Positions 27,493-37,754 of a stretch of 64,000 nucleotides of DNA are shown in pieces. Numbering within the stretch: the first letter of the stretch is position 1; every line of letters starts with the position of its first letter. Location of the stretch: contig PKTK01000001.1 of assembly GCA_002869165.1 (NCBI GenBank), forward strand, positions 318,005-382,004. The letters run 5' to 3'. Below the pieces are notes generated by a model. That model ran no database searches. It saw only the letters and a program-made list of their open reading frames with translations, and was not told the DNA's origin. The translations under genes and the position numbers were made by a program. This stretch comes from Candidatus Parcubacteria bacterium. GTDB taxonomy: Bacteria > Patescibacteriota > Patescibacteriia > Patescibacteriales > UBA12075.

Positions 27493-28428
27493 ATGTCAAA
27501 ACCAAAAGTTATAGCAATAGTAGGCACAACCGCAAGCGGCAAAACTCAGGTAGCCGTTGAATTGGCTTTCCAGTATAATGGTGAAGTGGTTTCAGCCGAT
27601 TCAAGGCAAGTTTATAAGTATATGGATATTGGTACAGGCAAGGATTTAGAAGAATACGAAATAATTCGTGATGGAAAAAAGGTATGTGTTCCGTATCATA
27701 TGATTGATGTGGCTCATCCTAAGGATAATTACAATTTAGCTATGTGGCTCAAAGAAGCTAAAAAAGCTATTAATGATATTTTGAAACGCGGGAAAGTACC
27801 GATAATTGCTGGTGGAACAGGACTGTATATTCAGGCTTTGTTAGATAATTTTGATTTAACAAAAGTAAAAGAAGACTATAATCTAAGAAAAGAGATGGAG
27901 CAACTAGATACTGAGCATGTATTTTTGAAGTTAAAAGAATTAGATGAAGAGTTTGCCATGTCTTTAAATGAGAGTGATAGTAAAAATAAACGGCGCTTGA
28001 TACGCTACATTGAAATGATTAAGTCAGAAGGTAAAATAGAAGAAACTCCTAAAAAGGAAAAAGAATATGAGGCTTTAGTGATTGGTTTGACATGGCCAAG
28101 AGATATATTAAGAGACAGAATAAAAGAAAGATTAAAAAAAAGAAAGAACGACCAAGGATTGATTGAAGAAGTTATAAATCTTAGGAATGAGCATGGCTTG
28201 AATTGGGAAAGACTTGATTCTTTTGGTTTAGAGTATAGGTATATTGCCAAATATTTACTTGGCGAGCTTGATCAAGATGAGATGCTGGAAAAGCTTTATT
28301 TTGCAATATGTCAGTTTTCCAAGCGTCAGATGACTTGGTTGAGACGTTGGGAAAAACAAGGAACTAAAATTTTCTGGGAAAATGATTTGCAAAAAATAAA
28401 CAAGAAAGTTAACGAATTTTTAACATAA
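27493..28428 (+). CDS. miaA: tRNA dimethylallyltransferase MiaA
   Basis: IAIVGTTASGKT, SADSRQVYKYMDIGTGK, GGTGLY, 311 aa. Confidence 0.9.
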   Translation: MSKPKVIAIVGTTASGKTQVAVELAFQYNGEVVSADSRQVYKYMDIGTGKDLEEYEIIRDGKKVCVPYHMIDVAHPKDNYNLAMWLKEAKKAINDILKRGKVPIIAGGTGLYIQALLDNFDLTKVKEDYNLRKEMEQLDTEHVFLKLKELDEEFAMSLNESDSKNKRRLIRYIEMIKSEGKIEETPKKEKEYEALVIGLTWPRDILRDRIKERLKKRKNDQGLIEEVINLRNEHGLNWERLDSFGLEYRYIAKYLLGELDQDEMLEKLYFAICQFSKRQMTWLRRWEKQGTKIFWENDLQKINKKVNEFLT

Positions 28429-28442
28429 CATGCAAAAATATA

Positions 28443-29978
28443 ATGATAGACAAAAATATATTTAAAAAAACCTTTTTATATTTAGCTTTACTTGAAACTA
28501 TTTCTATAGCTGTTTTTTACCTACCATCAATTCAGGACATAGTTTTTTTCTTGCTTTGTTTGTCTTTTTTATTTTTGAGTTTGAAGAATTTTAAAATTGC
28601 AGCTTTGATTATAGTTTTAGAATTAATTATTGGATCGAAAAGTGGAGATTTGTTTTTCTTAGATTTGTCTGGAATTACTCTATCAGTTAGAATTGCATTT
28701 TGGTTGATATTTTTGTCTGTCTTTCTAAGTAAAAATTTAATAGATTTACTCAAAGGAAATAGACAGATTCTAGAAATTATAAAAGAACCCTGGTTTAAGT
28801 ATATAATGGTACTTTTCATTTTTATTCTTTGGGGATTATTAAATGCCGTTTACAATCATAATCAGTTTTTTAATTTATTCTTTGATATTAATGCTTGGTT
28901 CTATTTTTTATTTGTTTTACCATTCTATTCTGTTTACAAAGAACTTAAATCAGAAGGGCAGTGGACACTAAATAGTTTTTTTACAGTAATTTTATCTGCA
29001 ATTATTTGGATATCTACTAAGACCCTGATTATTTTATTTTTATTTGCTCATAAACTTGAATTTATAAATACAGGACTTTATACCTGGATCAGGAAAACTG
29101 GAGTAGGAGAAATAACTCAAATGCAAGGTGGTTTTTATAGGGTATTTTTTCAATCACACATTTTTGTTTTATTAGCTTTATTAGCTTTTTTTTATATTGC
29201 TATTAGAGTGTTGTCCAATAAGGAGAAAAATTGGAAAAATGATAAATCAGAAATTATTTTTATGACTTGTATTTTTATGATATTAGTAATGACTACAATA
29301 GTCTCCTTGTCGAGGAGTAATTGGGTAGGGTTGATTGTTGCTTTGGGATTGGTTTTTGTTTTTGCAGTTTGGCAGTATCGCTTAAAAGGCTTGGTAAATT
29401 TCATACTTGTTACAGTTATATCTTTGCTTGTAAGCATGGCGTTAATTGTTCTGCTTGTAAAATTTCCTTATCCTAAACCAATCGGTGGTTTTGCTACGGC
29501 TGATTTGATAGGAAATAGAGCCACAGAAGTAAAAACTGAAGCCGGAGTTTCTTCTAGATGGAACTTACTACCAGAATTATGGGATGAGATAAGTGACCAG
29601 CCATTACTTGGAAAAGGTTACGGAACGACAGTAACTTATATTTCAAATGATCCTCGTGTTAGAGAAAAATCTTTGGATGGAGAGTATACTACTTACGCAT
29701 TTGAGTGGGGGTGGTTGGATACTTGGTTGAAAATTGGTTTATTTGGTGTTGTTTCATATATTGTTTTTCTTATTTATCTATGTTTGGATTCCTTTTTTCT
29801 TTTTTTAAAAAACAAAAAAAATATAGCCCCAATCATACTTCTCACTTCTATTGTTCTTGTTTCTGCAATTAATTTTTTTAGTCCATATTTAAATCATCCT
29901 ATAGGTATCGGAACAATTTTGGTATTAATGTTTTTGTTAAGTTTTTATAAAGACAAAGATTTTAAAAATACAACTTAA
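28443..29978 (+). CDS. O-antigen ligase/polymerase-like (Wzy_C) membrane protein
   Basis: 511 aa polytopic. SLSRSNWVGLIVALGL motif and a periplasmic loop typical of the family. Confidence 0.55.
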   Translation: MIDKNIFKKTFLYLALLETISIAVFYLPSIQDIVFFLLCLSFLFLSLKNFKIAALIIVLELIIGSKSGDLFFLDLSGITLSVRIAFWLIFLSVFLSKNLIDLLKGNRQILEIIKEPWFKYIMVLFIFILWGLLNAVYNHNQFFNLFFDINAWFYFLFVLPFYSVYKELKSEGQWTLNSFFTVILSAIIWISTKTLIILFLFAHKLEFINTGLYTWIRKTGVGEITQMQGGFYRVFFQSHIFVLLALLAFFYIAIRVLSNKEKNWKNDKSEIIFMTCIFMILVMTTIVSLSRSNWVGLIVALGLVFVFAVWQYRLKGLVNFILVTVISLLVSMALIVLLVKFPYPKPIGGFATADLIGNRATEVKTEAGVSSRWNLLPELWDEISDQPLLGKGYGTTVTYISNDPRVREKSLDGEYTTYAFEWGWLDTWLKIGLFGVVSYIVFLIYLCLDSFFLFLKNKKNIAPIILLTSIVLVSAINFFSPYLNHPIGIGTILVLMFLLSFYKDKDFKNTT

Positions 29979-30059
29979 TAAGTATCTTATAAATACTTGC
30001 AAAATATTTAAAGATATAGTATATTACAGATTATATAATTTTAAAAAAATTTAATAATT

Positions 30060-30518
30060 ATGACAGAGCAAATTATCACCCAGGAAGGGTATGACAAGCT
30101 TAAAGAAGAGCTTGAATTTTTAAAAACTACTAAAAGAAAAGAAATCGCCCAAAGAATACAGACTGCCAAGGATATGGGTGATTTAAGTGAAAATGCTGAG
30201 TATTCAGAAGCAAAAGATGCACAAGCATTTAACGAAGGAAGAATTGCTGAGATAACACATTCACTAAAGAACCTGACAATTGTTAAAAACGGTGAATCAA
30301 AAGGAAGTGTTGGTATGGGCTCAAAAATAAAGGTAAAAGCAAACGATAAAGAAAAAGAATTTGTGATTGTTAGTTTTAATGAGGCAGATCCTTTGACAGG
30401 AAAAATTTCTAACGAATCACCATTGGGACAAGCGTTTTTAAACAAAGAAAAGGGCACTAAAGTTAGTGTGGAAACACCAAGAGGAACAGTGGAATATGAG
30501 ATATTAGAAATATCATAA
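30060..30518 (+). CDS. greA: transcription elongation factor GreA
   Basis: ITQEGYDKLKEELEFLK...GDLSENAEYSEAK...SPLGQAFL, 152 aa. Confidence 0.9.
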   Translation: MTEQIITQEGYDKLKEELEFLKTTKRKEIAQRIQTAKDMGDLSENAEYSEAKDAQAFNEGRIAEITHSLKNLTIVKNGESKGSVGMGSKIKVKANDKEKEFVIVSFNEADPLTGKISNESPLGQAFLNKEKGTKVSVETPRGTVEYEILEIS

Positions 30519-30540
30519 AAATTATAAAATATAGTCAAAA

Positions 30541-30579
30541 AAAGTCGTAGAAAAGCATATCTACGGCTTTTGACTTTTT
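30541..30579 (+). terminator. rho-independent terminator
   Basis: AAAGTCGTAG / CTACGGCTTT stem (one GU pair) followed by T-rich sequence. Confidence 0.6.
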
Positions 30580-30647
30580 GGCTAAAATATAGTAATATTT
30601 TTAATATGGAAGCAAAAATTCCTTAATTTTTTATTACAATAAAATAT

Positions 30648-32777
30648 ATGAGTAACAACGAACAAAACCAAAATATTAATCAGGAAATGAATGATAGATT
30701 GAAAAAACTAAAAAGATTAAAAGAACTAAAAATAAACCCTTACCCAGCTAAAACAAAGAAAAAAATATTAGTTTCAAAGATTTTGGATAATTTTGATAAA
30801 TTTGAAAAAGAAGCCAAAAAACTTATTTTAGCAGGACGTCTGATGAGCAAAAGAACTCATGGTAATTTGACTTTTTGTGATTTGCAAGACTCTGAAGGAA
30901 GAATTCAGTTGGCTTTTTCTAAAAATGACCTTGGCGTTGATAAATATAAGAAGTTTGTAAAACTTATTGATATGGGTGATTTTATCGAAGCCAGTGGAAC
31001 CGCCTTTGTAACTCACAAAGGTGAAAAAAGTATTATGGTTAATAAATGGACTTTACTTACAAAAGCTATTAGACCTTTACCAGATAAATATCATGGCTTA
31101 AAAGATGAGGAAGACAGATTTAGAAAAAGATACCTTGATTTACTTTTAAACAAAGAAGCTCGAGAAATATTTAAAAAGAAAAGTCTTTTTTGGGATGTAA
31201 CTCGTAATTTTATGAAAAAGCAAGGTTTTTTTGAAGTAGAAACACCTACTCTTGAAACTACCACAGGTGGCGCCGAGGCTAATCCTTTCAAAACAAAGCA
31301 CAAGGATTTTGGTATAGATGTTTATCTTCGTATTTCTATAGGTGAATTATGGCAAAAAAGATTGATGGCAGCCGGTTTTGAAAAAACATTTGAAATTGGT
31401 AAAGCATATAGAAACGAGGGCTCTAGCCCAGACCATATTCAAGAATTTACTAATATGGAGTTTTATTGGGCATATGCAGACTATAAAGACGGAATGAAGT
31501 TAGTGGAGAAGTTATATAAAGAAATTGCTATGAAAGTTTTTGGTACTACAAAATTTGAGTCTAAGGGGATGCTTTTTGATTTGTCAGATAAATGGCCAAT
31601 GATTGATTACAGGGATGAAATACTAAAACAAACAGGTATTGATGTAATCAAGGCAACAGAAAAGGAAATGGAGGCAAAGTTAACTGAACTTCAGGTGAAA
31701 TATGATGGTGAAAATAAAGAGAGAATGACTGATTCATTATGGAAGTATTGTCGAAAAAGTATAGCAGGTCCTGCGTTTTTAGTTCATCATCCGAAGCTAG
31801 TTTCACCACTTGCCAAATCAACCAAAAAGAACTTGAATTTAACTGAACGATTTCAGATTATTTTAGCTGGTACAGAAATTGGCAATGGTTACTCCGAGCT
31901 AAACAATCCAATTGAACAGAAGAAAAGATTTGATGTTCAACAGGAATTAATCGAATCAGGAGACGAAGAAGCTATGATGCCTGATTATGAATTTGTGGAG
32001 ATGCTTGAGTATGGCATGCCGCCTACTTGTGGTTTTGGTTTTGGTGAGCGTTTATTTTCAGTGATGGTAGACAAACCAATTAGGGAAACAACTCTTTTTC
32101 CTTTACTAAGACCAAAAATGGAAATAACTGCTAGCACAAATGTAAAAATTGACGCAGAAGTATCCGTTGAAGTGGAGAAACCTGATAATAAACTAGATTT
32201 TGGTGTTGATTATAAACGAGCAAGAGAAATATTTGATAAATATATTACTGACGAGATAACTCGTTTTCATATGATTGAGTCAGAAGCTATTATGCGTGCT
32301 TTAGCAAAGCATTTTGGAGAAGATGAAGAAAAGTGGGGAATAGCTGGGTTGCTTCACGATATTGATTGGCAGGAGACTAAGAATGACGTTAAAAACCATA
32401 CTGTTAAGGCAGTTGAGATATTAAAATCTGAGGGAGTTAGTGATGATTTAATTAATTTGGTTAAATCACATACCTATGGAAGTGATATGTGTGGCGATTG
32501 TCAGGACAAAGTTCGTTCAAGACGAATTGAGCATGCACTAGTAGCTGCAGAAACTTTAACTGGTCTAATAGTTGCTAATGCTTTAATGCAACCAGACAAG
32601 AAATTAGCGTCTGTAAAATTAAAATCACTTAAAAAGAAATTTAAACAAAAAGCATTTGCCGCTAATTGTAACAGAGAGTTAATAAAAGAAATTGAAAAAA
32701 CTGGTCTAAGTGTAGATGATTTTCTAGATATTGGCTTAAAAGCGCTACAGAATATTTCTTCTGAAATTAATTTATAA
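30648..32777 (+). CDS. lysS: class II lysyl-tRNA synthetase fused to a C-terminal HD-domain hydrolase (COG2316-like)
   Basis: LysRS core motifs (FEVETPTLE, YLRISIGELWQKRL, FRNEG, GFGFGERL) run to about aa 490. A ~200-aa HD domain follows (WGIAGLLHDIDW..., LASVKLKSLKKKFKQKAFAA). Confidence 0.85.
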   Translation: MSNNEQNQNINQEMNDRLKKLKRLKELKINPYPAKTKKKILVSKILDNFDKFEKEAKKLILAGRLMSKRTHGNLTFCDLQDSEGRIQLAFSKNDLGVDKYKKFVKLIDMGDFIEASGTAFVTHKGEKSIMVNKWTLLTKAIRPLPDKYHGLKDEEDRFRKRYLDLLLNKEAREIFKKKSLFWDVTRNFMKKQGFFEVETPTLETTTGGAEANPFKTKHKDFGIDVYLRISIGELWQKRLMAAGFEKTFEIGKAYRNEGSSPDHIQEFTNMEFYWAYADYKDGMKLVEKLYKEIAMKVFGTTKFESKGMLFDLSDKWPMIDYRDEILKQTGIDVIKATEKEMEAKLTELQVKYDGENKERMTDSLWKYCRKSIAGPAFLVHHPKLVSPLAKSTKKNLNLTERFQIILAGTEIGNGYSELNNPIEQKKRFDVQQELIESGDEEAMMPDYEFVEMLEYGMPPTCGFGFGERLFSVMVDKPIRETTLFPLLRPKMEITASTNVKIDAEVSVEVEKPDNKLDFGVDYKRAREIFDKYITDEITRFHMIESEAIMRALAKHFGEDEEKWGIAGLLHDIDWQETKNDVKNHTVKAVEILKSEGVSDDLINLVKSHTYGSDMCGDCQDKVRSRRIEHALVAAETLTGLIVANALMQPDKKLASVKLKSLKKKFKQKAFAANCNRELIKEIEKTGLSVDDFLDIGLKALQNISSEINL

Positions 32778-32778
32778 T

Positions 32779-33372
32779 ATGAGCAAGTCAGAGAAAATTC
32801 TTGAAAAATATTTTTCCTCAGTAAGTGATGAAAAAAAAGAAAAAATACTCAAATTATCAGATGTTTACAGGGAAGTAAATAATAAAATAAATATAATATC
32901 TAGAGCAGATATTGAGAACGTTCTTGAGAAGCATATTTTAACAGCTTTATCTATCGCTAGGGCAAAAAAATTTAGAAATGGAGCAAAGGTATTGGATATT
33001 GGTAGTGGTGGAGGACTTCCAGGAATACCTTTGTCAATAATTTTTGAAGATTGTAAGTTCACTCTCAGTGATTCAAGAAAAAAGAAGTGTGAAGCTATGG
33101 AGATGGCACTTGAAGAGTTAAATCTAAAGAATGTAGAGATAATAAATAAACGAAGCAATGAAATAAAGGAAAAGTTTGATTTTGTAGTAGGTCGAGCTGT
33201 AACTGAACCGAGTGAATTCATGAAATTAGCTAAAAAAAATCTTAAAGTTAAAGACGGACAAGCTTTTTATATAAGTGGTGATAATGAAAATTACAATGGA
33301 TCAAAGATTGCTATTAGTGATATTTATGATGAAGAATATTTTGAAAACAAATATATTTATGTATACCCGTAA
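32779..33372 (+). CDS. rsmG: 16S rRNA (guanine527-N7)-methyltransferase RsmG
   Basis: LDIGSGGGLPGIPLSI SAM motif, ~197 aa, GidB-like layout. Confidence 0.8.
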   Translation: MSKSEKILEKYFSSVSDEKKEKILKLSDVYREVNNKINIISRADIENVLEKHILTALSIARAKKFRNGAKVLDIGSGGGLPGIPLSIIFEDCKFTLSDSRKKKCEAMEMALEELNLKNVEIINKRSNEIKEKFDFVVGRAVTEPSEFMKLAKKNLKVKDGQAFYISGDNENYNGSKIAISDIYDEEYFENKYIYVYP

Positions 33373-33566
33373 ACAAGAAATAATTACATTAAACAAAAGT
33401 ATATTATATTCGAAATCGAATTCGTCCCCCTGGGGGATAGAGATTTAATTTTGAAATTTTTTAATTTTCAATTTTGTTCCGCACTTTAATTTTTTGATGC
33501 GGGATCCCGCAATGGCGGTGGTAAACAATTTTTAATTTATAATTCTTAATTTTTAATTGAATAAGT

Positions 33567-34883
33567 ATGTTAGATATTAAATATATACGTGAAAACGTTG
33601 ATAAAATAAAGGAGGCGGCCAAGAATAAAAACTTAAAAGTAGATTTAGATGGTCTTTTAAAACTTGATGATCAAAGAAGAGAACTATTATCTAGCGTTGA
33701 CGACATGAGAGCCAAAAGAAATGAACTTGCTAAAGCAGCTAAAGGACAAAGACCAAGCCCAGAGCAAATAAAGGAGGGCAAGAAAGTAAAAGAAGAAATT
33801 GCTTCAATTGAAGAAAAATTAAAGTTAGTTGAAGAAAAATATATGGAAATCATGGTGACAGTGCCGACTGTTACTTCAAGTGATGTGCCACTAGGGAAAG
33901 ATGATTCTGAAAACGTGGAGATTTATAGGGAAGGGGAGCCAACAAAATTTGATTTTGAAATCAAAGACCATATTCAACTTGGAAAAGAACTGGATATTAT
34001 TGACATGGAGCGAGGAGCTAAAGTTGCTGGTTACCGTGGGTATTATCTTAAAAACGAAGGAGTTAATCTAGTAATGGCTCTCATGATGTTTGCCCTGGAG
34101 AAGTTGATTCAAAAAGGTTTTACGCCTGTTATTCCACCTACCTTAATTAGAGAATTTCCGTTATTTGGTAGTGGATATTTTGCTGGTAAAAATTTTGATC
34201 CAGAAGTAGATGAAATTTATAAAATCGAAAATTTTGAGTTAGATGCAGAAGGAAACAAAAATAAAGAAAATAAATTTTTAGTAGGAACTGCTGAACCAGT
34301 GTTACTTGCTTACTATGCAAATGAAATTTTAGAAGAAAAAGATTTACCAATTAAATTTTGCGGTTTTTCTCAATGTTATAGATCAGAGATTGGTTCATAT
34401 GGCAAAGACGTGAAAGGCATGTATCGTGTTCATGAATTTATGAAAGTTGAACAAGTCTGTATAACTACAGCTAATATTGAAGAAGCAGAAAAAGCTCACC
34501 AGGAAATGGTGGAGATATCAAAAGAGCTTCACAGAGACCTGGGTCTTCCATTTAGAGTTTTACAAATCTGTACAGGGGATATGAGTGCAGGGAAGTACAA
34601 AATGTTTGACTTGGAAGCTTGGATGCCGAGCAGAGAATCATGGGGAGAAACTGGGTCAGCTAGCAATTTCCTAGACTGGCAATCAAGAAGATTGAATGTT
34701 CGTTATAAGGATAAAGATGGCGATAATAAATTTGTATATATGCTCAACAACACAGCTTTACCTAGTGTTAGGCCCTTGATTGCAATACTTGAAAACTATC
34801 AGCAACCTGACGGTTCAGTGATTGTTCCCGAAGTCCTAAGAAGATTTATGCCAGGAGGAAAGGCAAAGATTGAAAAAAAATAA
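33567..34883 (+). CDS. serS: seryl-tRNA synthetase
   Basis: MLDIKYIREN coiled-coil arm, then a class II core (FRSE..., TGSASNF, LNNTALP). Confidence 0.95.
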   Translation: MLDIKYIRENVDKIKEAAKNKNLKVDLDGLLKLDDQRRELLSSVDDMRAKRNELAKAAKGQRPSPEQIKEGKKVKEEIASIEEKLKLVEEKYMEIMVTVPTVTSSDVPLGKDDSENVEIYREGEPTKFDFEIKDHIQLGKELDIIDMERGAKVAGYRGYYLKNEGVNLVMALMMFALEKLIQKGFTPVIPPTLIREFPLFGSGYFAGKNFDPEVDEIYKIENFELDAEGNKNKENKFLVGTAEPVLLAYYANEILEEKDLPIKFCGFSQCYRSEIGSYGKDVKGMYRVHEFMKVEQVCITTANIEEAEKAHQEMVEISKELHRDLGLPFRVLQICTGDMSAGKYKMFDLEAWMPSRESWGETGSASNFLDWQSRRLNVRYKDKDGDNKFVYMLNNTALPSVRPLIAILENYQQPDGSVIVPEVLRRFMPGGKAKIEKK

Positions 34884-34903
34884 CTTGAGCATGTTTTTAT
34901 TAC

Positions 34904-36073
34904 ATGTTTGAACGAACAAAAGATTTAAAACTTTCAATTATAAAGCAAATTGAACTCAGGGCAAGTAATTACCCGGATGTGATTTCGCTTGCCCAAGGAA
35001 TTCCTAGCTTTGATACACCTCCATGCATCAAACGACGAGTTGAGCGAGCGCTCAAGAGGGGAGTGGTAGCAAAATACTCTCTTTCTCCAGGACTACCTGA
35101 ACTTCGTGAATTAATAGAACTTCAATTAGCTAATGAAAATATGTACTACGATTTTGAAAAAGAAATTGTAGTAACAGCTGGTTCGATCCAGGCAATCACA
35201 GCAACAATTTTAGCGATTACCAAATCAGGTGATGAAATTATTATTCCAGAGCCAACTTATACTAGCTACAGAGAGGTTATAACATTGGCTGGTTGCAAAC
35301 CAGTATTTGCCCCTCTGAATGAAGAAAAAGGATGGTCATTTGAACTTGATCAGTACGAAAAGTTGATAAATGAAAAAACCAAAGCAATTTTTTATTGCAA
35401 TCCCAATAATCCTACAGGAACAATATATACAAAAGAACAGTTGCTTGAACTAGCTAAACTAGCGAAGAAATATAATTTATTTTTGATTTCTGATGAAGTG
35501 TATAAGGATTTTGTTTATGACGATCAAAAAATATTTTCGCTTGCTGAAATTCCTGAATACAGAAATTTTGTTATTAGGATATATGGTTTTTCCAAGGCCT
35601 ATGCTATGACTGGCTGGAGAGTTGGTTATGTGCATAGTGATGAAAAGATAATGAATGAAATTATCAAAGTTCATGATTCTTTGGTTACATGTGCTCCAGT
35701 TATCTCTCAGTATGGTGCAATGGGTGCTTTGGAGATGGGCAAAAAAGACCTTGAAAACTTTAACAGGGAATACAAGAGGAGGTTGGATTTAACTGTCAAC
35801 AGGCTTATGAGGCTTAATAAGGTTTTTTCTTTTGTCGAGCCTAAAAGTTCTTACTATGTTTTTCCAAGAATCCTAAAAAATAAACTAACAAAAGATGACC
35901 ACAAAATAAATTCTTGGGATTTTTCACTTGACTTGCTTGATAAGTGTCAGGTAGCTTTTGTGCCTGGTTTTGCATTCGGTAAGAATGGCGAAGAGCATGT
36001 TAGGATAAGTTTTGGTCGAAGTAGAGAGGATATTATCAAAGCCTTTAATAGGCTGGATGATTATTTTAGTTAA
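34904..36073 (+). CDS. class I/II pyridoxal-phosphate aminotransferase
   Basis: NPNNPTG, SDEVY, GFSKAYAMTGWRVGY (PLP lysine motif). Confidence 0.85.
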   Translation: MFERTKDLKLSIIKQIELRASNYPDVISLAQGIPSFDTPPCIKRRVERALKRGVVAKYSLSPGLPELRELIELQLANENMYYDFEKEIVVTAGSIQAITATILAITKSGDEIIIPEPTYTSYREVITLAGCKPVFAPLNEEKGWSFELDQYEKLINEKTKAIFYCNPNNPTGTIYTKEQLLELAKLAKKYNLFLISDEVYKDFVYDDQKIFSLAEIPEYRNFVIRIYGFSKAYAMTGWRVGYVHSDEKIMNEIIKVHDSLVTCAPVISQYGAMGALEMGKKDLENFNREYKRRLDLTVNRLMRLNKVFSFVEPKSSYYVFPRILKNKLTKDDHKINSWDFSLDLLDKCQVAFVPGFAFGKNGEEHVRISFGRSREDIIKAFNRLDDYFS

Positions 36074-36074
36074 T

Positions 36075-36824
36075 ATGTTAAAGTATATTGGAAAAATATT
36101 TTTAAAGTATTATCTTGGGCTTATCACCAAGATTGTATTAGTAGTTCATCGACCTATTATAATAGCTGTTGCAGGTAGTATAAATAAAGCTTTTGTAAAA
36201 GAAGAAGTAAAAAAAGCTCTGGAAGAAAGGAAATATTCAGTTAGAGCCAATCCTAAGAATTTTAATACCGAGATTGGTTTGCCATTGGCAGTTTTGTCAC
36301 TTCCTAGTGGTTATAATAGTTTTCGAGATTGGATCCCAGCCATACTAAAGGCACCGAGAAAAATATTTTTAAGACGTTTTCCAAAGTATTTGGTTTTAAG
36401 TATAGGTACGTCTGATCCAGGGGACGCTTCTTATTTATTAAAAATAATTAAACCAAAGATTTTGATTTTAACTGAAATTTCCCAAAGATACTTGGAGAGT
36501 TTTAAAGACATGGATGAATTGGCTAAGGAATACGAAATGATGAGAGATATTTTAACTGAAGATGATTTAATAATTGCTAATTTTGATAATTCAAGAATTA
36601 GAGAAATCCTGGTGGAGTCAAAGGCAAGAGTTCTTGGATTTGGTTTTTTTGAAAAAAGTGATTTTAAGTTAATTAAAATAGAGAAACAATACGCTGGTCA
36701 GAGTTTTGTGTATGAATATAAAAATAATCAAATTAATAAGAATATAAAGCGTTTTGGTAAGCATCATGTTTATGCAAGCTTAGTTAAGGAAGCTATTATT
36801 AAATATGTTGAAAAAAAATTATAA
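36075..36824 (+). CDS. Mur-ligase-like protein (MurF-like) with degenerate P-loop and no C-terminal domain
   Basis: IIIAVAGSINKAF in place of TGSNGKTT; NFNTEIGLPLAVLSLP, ILILTEISQRYLESF and GKHHVYASL follow the MurF order. ATG 36075 is preferred to the overlapping track start at 36012. Confidence 0.45.
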   Translation: MLKYIGKIFLKYYLGLITKIVLVVHRPIIIAVAGSINKAFVKEEVKKALEERKYSVRANPKNFNTEIGLPLAVLSLPSGYNSFRDWIPAILKAPRKIFLRRFPKYLVLSIGTSDPGDASYLLKIIKPKILILTEISQRYLESFKDMDELAKEYEMMRDILTEDDLIIANFDNSRIREILVESKARVLGFGFFEKSDFKLIKIEKQYAGQSFVYEYKNNQINKNIKRFGKHHVYASLVKEAIIKYVEKKL

Positions 36825-37686
36825 AAAAAATAAATTTATATCAAGACCAAATAAAGGGAGGAAATTTACATATTCAGCCAAAACTTATTCTAATCCTTTT
36901 TTCGAAAGTAAAAGAAACAAGCGGGCAAAAAGCAATGTTCCTAGCATTCCCTTGAAGATTAAATTGATATTTTTTGCAGTTTTATCTGTAATTGTTTTAG
37001 TTGTATGGTTTTTGGTATACTCAAGTTATTTTAGTATAAAAACAATTGAGGCCAGGGGAGGGGGTAGAATAAGTCCAAACGAGATTCATGATTTAGCATG
37101 GTCGCAAATCAATGATTCTGATTTCGTTTTGTGGCCACAAAAAAATATTTTCTTATTTAACAAAAACGAATTAATTGAAACTTTGAATTTAAAATATTCA
37201 TTTAATGATATAATTGTAAACAAAAAGCTACCTGACAAGCTTATTATTCAATATAACGAAAAGGATTATAGCATGGTATGGTATGAAAAAGAGCTATACT
37301 ACTATATTGATGAAAATGGTTATGTGGTAAGTAAAATAGGGGAGAAGTCAGAGGAGAAGAACTATCCAGTTTATAAAAATGTAACAGAAAATTTTATTGA
37401 AGGCAATCACGTAGCAATTAATAAGAATCTAATAGGGGAGGCGCTTGATCTTATTGAGAAATTTAAAGTCTACAATGATTTTGAAATTGATTTTTTTGAA
37501 GCAAGGGAAAGTGACAATATAATTTATGTTAAAATCAAAGAAGGTCCGTATTTGTATATAGATATATATGGAGATACAGAAAAACAACTTAATAAAATAA
37601 TTAAATTAAAGGGGATTTTGGAAGAAGATTTTTTTAAGCGTCAATACATTGATGTGACAATAGGGGATAGTGTTTATTATAAATAA
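36805..37686 (+). CDS. FtsQ/DivIB-like cell-division protein (POTRA domain)
   Basis: Basic N-terminus, a single TM helix, then a POTRA-like FSIKTIEARGGGRISPNEI segment. Confidence 0.5.
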   Translation: MLKKNYKKNKFISRPNKGRKFTYSAKTYSNPFFESKRNKRAKSNVPSIPLKIKLIFFAVLSVIVLVVWFLVYSSYFSIKTIEARGGGRISPNEIHDLAWSQINDSDFVLWPQKNIFLFNKNELIETLNLKYSFNDIIVNKKLPDKLIIQYNEKDYSMVWYEKELYYYIDENGYVVSKIGEKSEEKNYPVYKNVTENFIEGNHVAINKNLIGEALDLIEKFKVYNDFEIDFFEARESDNIIYVKIKEGPYLYIDIYGDTEKQLNKIIKLKGILEEDFFKRQYIDVTIGDSVYYK

Positions 37687-37754
37687 GTCACAAGTAGCGT
37701 ATTGAGTTAGCTTTTTTTAATTTTTCTTCTCTCTAACTCCCCTGCTTAAATACA

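Noticed and set aside
30041-30538. 165-aa antisense ORF opposite greA, and similar antisense ORFs at 42496-42984, 46817-47278, 56727-57089 and 58736-59242
   Set aside because: Each lies opposite a gene with clear family motifs or spans intergenic repeat elements. Their products are low-complexity Ser/Leu/Phe-rich, and they lack start signals.
33373-33566. T-box riboswitch upstream of serS (GGCGGTGGTAAAC resembles the T-box GGGUGGUACCGCG, and AGAGA is present)
   Set aside because: The ACCGCG half of the T-box, a terminator with a U-tract after it, and a credible Stem I with a Ser specifier are all missing. The GC-rich palindromes (GTCCCCCTGGGGGAT, GCGGGATCCCGC) look like the dispersed hairpin repeats instead.
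36012-36074. Upstream non-ATG start for the Mur-ligase-like ORF overlapping the aminotransferase gene by 62 nt
   Set aside because: ATG 36075 lies 1 nt after the aminotransferase stop and begins a plausible N-terminus. The extension is just the alternate frame of the preceding gene.
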